From Eukaryota sp. TZLM1-RC (Eukaryota > Protista > Metamonada: BaSk clade), in the NCBI GenBank assembly GCA_040285825.1, contig JAUPSS010000004.1:6663784-6727783 (forward strand): a stretch of DNA of 64,000 nt, given 5' to 3'. A program made the position numbers and the translations under genes. The notes below the pieces were generated by a model. It was given only the letters and a program-made list of their open reading frames with translations, was not told the origin of the DNA and did no database searches. Below are positions 61,012 to 64,000 of this stretch, piece by piece (the stretch's first letter is position 1; each line of letters begins with the position of its first letter).

Positions 61012-61126
61012 CTGAGAATTTCACACAAAGTGAATATTGAATAAATATCCCTAATAATTGTGTAAACTTCTCAGCACCAAGGCTTAGTATACACTAAACA
61101 CCTTGGAAATACGTTGATTAAAACAG
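61012..61126 (-). ncRNA. Putative omegaRNA scaffold / right end of Fanzor A2
   Basis: Two hairpins: CCAAGG..TTAGT gtat ACTAA..CCTTGG and CTGAGAAGTTTACACAA..TTGTGTGAAATTCTCAG; ends GAAATTCTCAG, like A1 GAAATTCACAG. Confidence 0.65.
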
Positions 61127-62993
61127 CTACTGCTGTCTTCTTAGACGTCTCACACGCCTTGGCCTTCTGAATGGTTCTGGCCTAGTACCAGTGAAATACT
61201 CACTAATTGCAATCTCCAGCTGGTTTCTGGAGGCTGAGATGTCTCTAGACCAGTTGGTCTGACATCGAGGGCAATCGAACTTCGCGTTATTTACCCTTCC
61301 GTCATCATGATAGATCTTTCTATGAAAGACCTTACAGCAATTCACTTTTGCTGAGGTCATAAACTCGTCCCCGACTTTGACGCTTTCAAAGTGTTTTTTG
61401 ATTTGTTTGAGAAATCTCTTTCGGGGGGATTTCACAGATTGACGAGATGGACCACCACCGCCATTGCCGAACCAAACTATAGTGTTTCTTCCTTCAGATA
61501 AGCGTTTAATTTTGTTAATAAAACTAGTTAGTCTCTTTTGTCTTCGTATGAAGAAATCAAACTTATTTCTTCTCAGCTTTTTTCTTGCACCACGCTGCAA
61601 ATTTCCAGACATAATTGAAGCATATTCAGGCTCTTCCTCAGATTCAGGAACATAAGGTAAACTTATTTCAATCAGATACTCTTGGAAGCTCTGAGCGGAA
61701 TAAGTGTTAGGAGTTGCTTGAGTGAGAGGTGGAGGGTGATTTAGTCTTCGTTCTTTTGGATTCAGTAGCAGTCCAGAACGTTCAAAAACAGTAGCAGAAT
61801 TTCGGAAAGAACCAGCAGTCCAACCACAAAGATTGCTGTGGTTGGGATCAATGGCTACAAAAAACAAATTTTCATCAGGATCTCTGTAATTGGGCTGTTG
61901 TTCCACTGGTAACCGCGGTCTTCTCTGTGGATTTGCTGTTGTATGGACATTGGATTTTCGTTTCCTTTCAGAGTTATGAAAATCATAATTTCCAGAGGCT
62001 CGCCTGGGCTCAAATTCCGCTTTACTTGGCCTATTATAAGTTTTTCTTTCCTTCTGGGTAAACGTAAACCGCAAGGAATCACCATTCGAAAAAATGGTAT
62101 AGTTAATAAATTTCGATTTATTAAAAAACCGATAAGGGTTGTTCAGAAGCTCTTTGTTTGCATTTAGTTTTGTGAAATAAGCTTCTGCTTCTTTAGTCAA
62201 GCTGCAGAAGCACGGAGACCAACTGGACAGCGGAGAGAGAGTGCCTTTTCATCACATCAGGGCAGTTATCTTCTAAAAAAGATAAAATGTTCAAGCCAGA
62301 TTGAACGATTGTTGCAGCAGACTCCATATTGATGGGAAACCGTTCGTTTCTTATTGAATTTTCGAACAAATTTTGACCGCCACCAATATAGGCGTTGGCT
62401 GTCATATTGAGCCAATGGACCAAGATATGCTGGTGTATTTCTTGATACCATTGTAAAATTGACTCATCTGGCTGAATCCCTTGAAGTACACAGTCGGCGT
62501 ATTTCTTGGGCCAGGGGCAATTTAGAAACTGGGCACAGCTTTTGAAAAAATTGCGTTTCCAGACGACAGGGCCGTCAGCAAGCAACTGACAAAAGGCTTC
62601 TCGCAGTTGGATGGCTCGACTGCCAAGAAGAGTGGAAAGACACCAAAATCTACCACCGTCGGCTGAGGTGGTTTCATTCAGCGGTCGCCAGGGCCAAAAG
62701 TGCTGAACAAGGTGTTGCAGCGCTTGGTAAACCAAAGGATGGTTTTCAAATGGCCTCCTTTGTTTAGGCTCACTTTGGCAAACAAAGTCGAAACAGAGGC
62801 TCCAGAACTGGCTTTGAGTGAGCCACATTGAGTGTTCTGGGTATTGGAGCACAAAGAGTCGTGCTAGGTGAGTAGCATGAGCTCCAATACTAGCAAGAAC
62901 TTGGAACTGGCGTTCCATAGCTTCTTGTGCCTCTGAGTCGAAGAACTGGTTGACAGACGCTCCCACAGTTGTAGTTTGTAGAACGTTATCCAT
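61127..62993 (-). CDS. Fanzor/TnpB-like RuvC nuclease, family A copy 2 (~622 aa after restoring 2 nt in a CT repeat near 62235)
   Basis: AIDPNHSNLCG, VWFG, GDEFMTSAKVNCC and CPRC..WSRDISASRN; collinear with A1 over the full length. Confidence 0.85.
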
Positions 62994-63687
62994 GGCAGTC
63001 AACACAGAACGGAAACAGTCAGAAATGATTGAAAATTTGTTTCCTAAAATTGAAAATTTGTTGAAGTCAATCAATCTTATAGTTGTCAATTCAAAGTAAA
63101 GTTAGTTACAAGTGTTTATTAATGAGACATATCGTTCAAGATTACTTTCTGAATATTTTCCTTTCTTCAGACAAGAACTACATGTTACAAAAGTTGGTGA
63201 GTGGAGTTTGGTTGGGTTGTCATCATTGCCCAGATTCGTAATTGAATTTCATTTCATCACTTACAACATTTCATCACTTACTCTACTACGAACCTTCTCC
63301 TACGAATCCTTGCTTGCAGCTACTACCACTCTTTATGTCGGAAATTGAGAATCACTTTTATTTTAAGTAAAGTTTTTTTTTCTTCCTTCCTCGCTGTTAC
63401 TACATTGTCATAGGTCCCTTCCCTCAAGTTCATGTTTTCATCCTCAGTTCCAAAACTTTTCCAAACACTGGTTTTCACTACTCAACACTGATTGTGACTT
63501 ATCCCATGCTTCGGCAATAGTAATCCTCCTTTGCTCAATTAAACCATCATTCATCACCCCATCATGGAATCATGATCGGCAACTAATTGTCTCCCTTTTG
63601 TACAAACTAACAACCTCAACCCTGCCCCACCCTTTCCTTCTTTCTTCGAACATAGTGTGTCAAGTTTCCTTTAGTGACAAATTGTAA

Positions 63688-63963
63688 TTGTCACTGACAA
63701 TTACAACTCTGGACAATAACACAACCAACAGTCAAAACCAATCCCATTTATTCCAACACACCATCTGGTTCCTATTCCAATACTTTGCCTTGACTGCTCT
63801 ACTCTCTACATTTTTGCATCTTGCTTTGGAATCATTAATACACTCATCACTTCTACATTCCAGTAACCCATTGGATGCTTTCATTAGTGTTCTTTCAGTA
63901 TTTTTAGGAATTGGAATCGGGTTCTTTGTGGTTGTTCGTCTGCTCGTGATATCTTTCACTTAG
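63688..63963 (+). CDS. Possible small membrane protein or exon
   Basis: Two hydrophobic segments; no ATG start and no recognisable family. Confidence 0.2.
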   Translation: MSLTITTLDNNTTNSQNQSHLFQHTIWFLFQYFALTALLSTFLHLALESLIHSSLLHSSNPLDAFISVLSVFLGIGIGFFVVVRLLVISFT

Positions 63964-64000
63964 CTTCTACTTTTGTTGATTTCGCCAAGTTGCCCAAGAG

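Noticed and set aside
1-64000. CRISPR array, rRNA or tRNA genes
   Set aside because: No regularly spaced repeat-spacer array and no recognisable rRNA or tRNA sequence; the 96-nt repeats at 36.6-37 kb are degenerate and lack unique spacers

Overview
AT-rich eukaryotic nuclear DNA, not prokaryotic. Ten tiny GT-AG spliceosomal introns (28-34 nt) can be reconstructed in seven genes. A tubulin polyglutamylase together with anaerobe-type, prokaryote-like enzymes suggests an anaerobic flagellate such as a metamonad; this is inference only. About 16 host genes are scattered singly through a dense field of mobile DNA: ADP-dependent sugar kinase, NhaC antiporter, NAD-kinase-like protein, TTLL, MJ1316-RCC1, transketolase, AEC carrier, cystinosin, Y-family polymerase, PTRHD1, AAAP transporter, CoA-transferase, J-domain protein, ornithine/alanine racemase and two unknowns. 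The mobile fraction includes about 13 fragments of RLE-type non-LTR retrotransposons, two ~100-bp TG..CA elements with 4-bp TSDs, a 44-bp hAT MITE, two remnants carrying a PolB-type exonuclease (one preceded by a 2A-like motif), and about 12 Fanzor/TnpB-like loci from at least four families. The Fanzor loci are the most notable feature. Two divergent ~620-640 aa RuvC proteins (52889-54803, 61127-62993) are each broken by one slip in a simple repeat. Their right ends are hairpin-rich candidate omegaRNAs, and two families also occur as ORF-less stand-alone right ends. One family has the RuvC-III Asp replaced by Asn in all three copies. Several right ends sit 7-82 bp upstream of co-oriented host start codons or abut LINE sequence. 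No Fanzor-associated transposase, CRISPR array, rRNA or tRNA was recognised. All calls come from motif recognition by eye; no database searches were run.
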